A stretch of DNA of 64,000 bases. It comes from Leptolyngbyaceae cyanobacterium. Lineage in GTDB: Bacteria > Cyanobacteriota > Cyanobacteriia > Phormidesmidales > Phormidesmidaceae. The translations under genes were made by a program, and so were the position numbers. The notes beneath the pieces are model-generated. The model was not told the origin of the DNA. It made no database searches and saw nothing but the letters and a program-made list of their open reading frames with translations. Below are positions 63,015 to 64,000 of this stretch, in pieces; position 1 is the stretch's first letter, and each line of letters starts with the position of its first letter. Where the stretch lies: the NCBI GenBank assembly GCA_050331235.1, contig JBHJHA010000017.1, positions 32,001-96,000 of the forward strand, read 5' to 3'.

Positions 63015-64000
63015 TTATTGGGCCGGCAAGCGTCCCTGGAGCCAATAGGTAGTCATTTCTCCCTTACCCTTGACATCGATCGCGCCGCGCTTTTGAAAAG
63101 CGTATTGATGCTTGAGTTGCTCATAAATCGCCGCCGTGACCTGAATCTGGTCAGCAACCCCCTGTGACTCCATGCGGCTGGCCACATTTACGGCATCGCC
63201 CCACAGGTCGTAGGAGAACTTCTTGAGGCCAATGACGCCAGCAACAACGGGACCAGAGTCGATGCCAATGCGGAGACTGAAATTAGATTGATCTTGACGC
63301 TGGAATTGCGCGATCGCTGCTTGCATATCGAGGGCCATTTCTGCGATCGCCTGCGAATGGTTAGGCAAGGCTCTAGGAATGCCGCCAACTACCATATAGG
63401 CATCGCCAATGGTTTTAATTTTTTCTAGGCGGTGACGCTCTGCTAAATGGTCAAACGCAGAAAAGATCTCATTTAGCAAGTCAACGAGTTCCGTCGGTGC
63501 TAAGGCTCCGGACAACTCTGTGAAGTTGACAATGTCAGCGAATAAGATGGTGACTTCATCAAAGCGATAGGCGATTGATCGGCTGCTGCGTTTTAGCTGG
63601 TCAGCGATAGATGCCGGGAGGATGTTGAGCAGCAATCGCTCAGAGCGTTCTTGCTCGACCCGTAGGGCTTCTTCAATTTCCTTGCGATCTGTAATGTCGG
63701 TGAGAAACCCTTCGACTACGGCGACTGATGCATTGCGACTAGAGACCGGAATCCCTTTTTCCAACACCCATTTTTCCTGTCCAGTGGCCGTGAGAATCCG
63801 GTAAGTCATTTGAAACGGGGACCCGTCGGGCAATGCCCGTTGTACTTCTCCCTTGACATAGAGGCGGTCGTCTGGATGAATGAGCTCTTCAAACGGGAGG
63901 GACTCCTCCCCGAGTAAGTCGCTAGGGGCATAGCCGGTTAGGTCATAGCACCCGTCGCTGACAAAATCTAAGGTCCAGTGAGGATCGCAGTGACGGCGGT
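63015..64000 (-). CDS. PAS-domain class III adenylate cyclase, 5'-truncated by the window edge
   Basis: Frame is open to the edge (WTLDFVSDGCYDLTGY, PAS-like); SERLLLNILP, LFADIVNFT, KTIGDAYM and YDLWGDAVNVASRMES (Lys/Asp pair indicates ATP specificity). Confidence 0.93.
   Translation of the reverse strand, partial: RRHCDPHWTLDFVSDGCYDLTGYAPSDLLGEESLPFEELIHPDDRLYVKGEVQRALPDGSPFQMTYRILTATGQEKWVLEKGIPVSSRNASVAVVEGFLTDITDRKEIEEALRVEQERSERLLLNILPASIADQLKRSSRSIAYRFDEVTILFADIVNFTELSGALAPTELVDLLNEIFSAFDHLAERHRLEKIKTIGDAYMVVGGIPRALPNHSQAIAEMALDMQAAIAQFQRQDQSNFSLRIGIDSGPVVAGVIGLKKFSYDLWGDAVNVASRMESQGVADQIQVTAAIYEQLKHQYAFQKRGAIDVKGKGEMTTYWLQGRLPAQ

Overview
Core-chromosome segment of a cyanobacterium. 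Evidence: very dense HIP1 octamers (GCGATCGC), cyanobacterial 6S and Yfr1 RNAs, and guaB3, crtE and glcF. A filamentous Leptolyngbya/Nodosilinea/Halomicronema-like lineage is my inference only. The window holds about 60 genes, including mreBCD, ssb, fni, rlmN, rsfS-yqeK, egtC-egtB-egtD, tRNA-Gly(TCC), a cytochrome P450, anmK, a TrkA/KtrA subunit, guaB3, era, rnc, folD-crtE and ppa, plus a partial PAS adenylate cyclase. I saw no CRISPR array, integrase, transposase or prophage. The most striking item is one gene (about 9.7-11.85 kb) fusing a complete ProX-type glycine-betaine-binding domain (Trp cage intact) to a GluR0-like ligand-gated K+ channel (TTVGYGD filter), a candidate osmolyte-sensing channel. 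Other items: an AT-richer cluster of two sulfotransferases, a GT8-like protein and an ABC exporter lying where trxA usually follows yfr1; three apparently inactivated proteins (LysM-M23, MBL-fold, pseudo-receiver); two genes frameshifted at C9/G10 homopolymers; a pentapeptide-repeat gene broken by one in-frame amber codon; and a candidate structured intergenic RNA. All calls come from motif recognition by eye, with no database searches.
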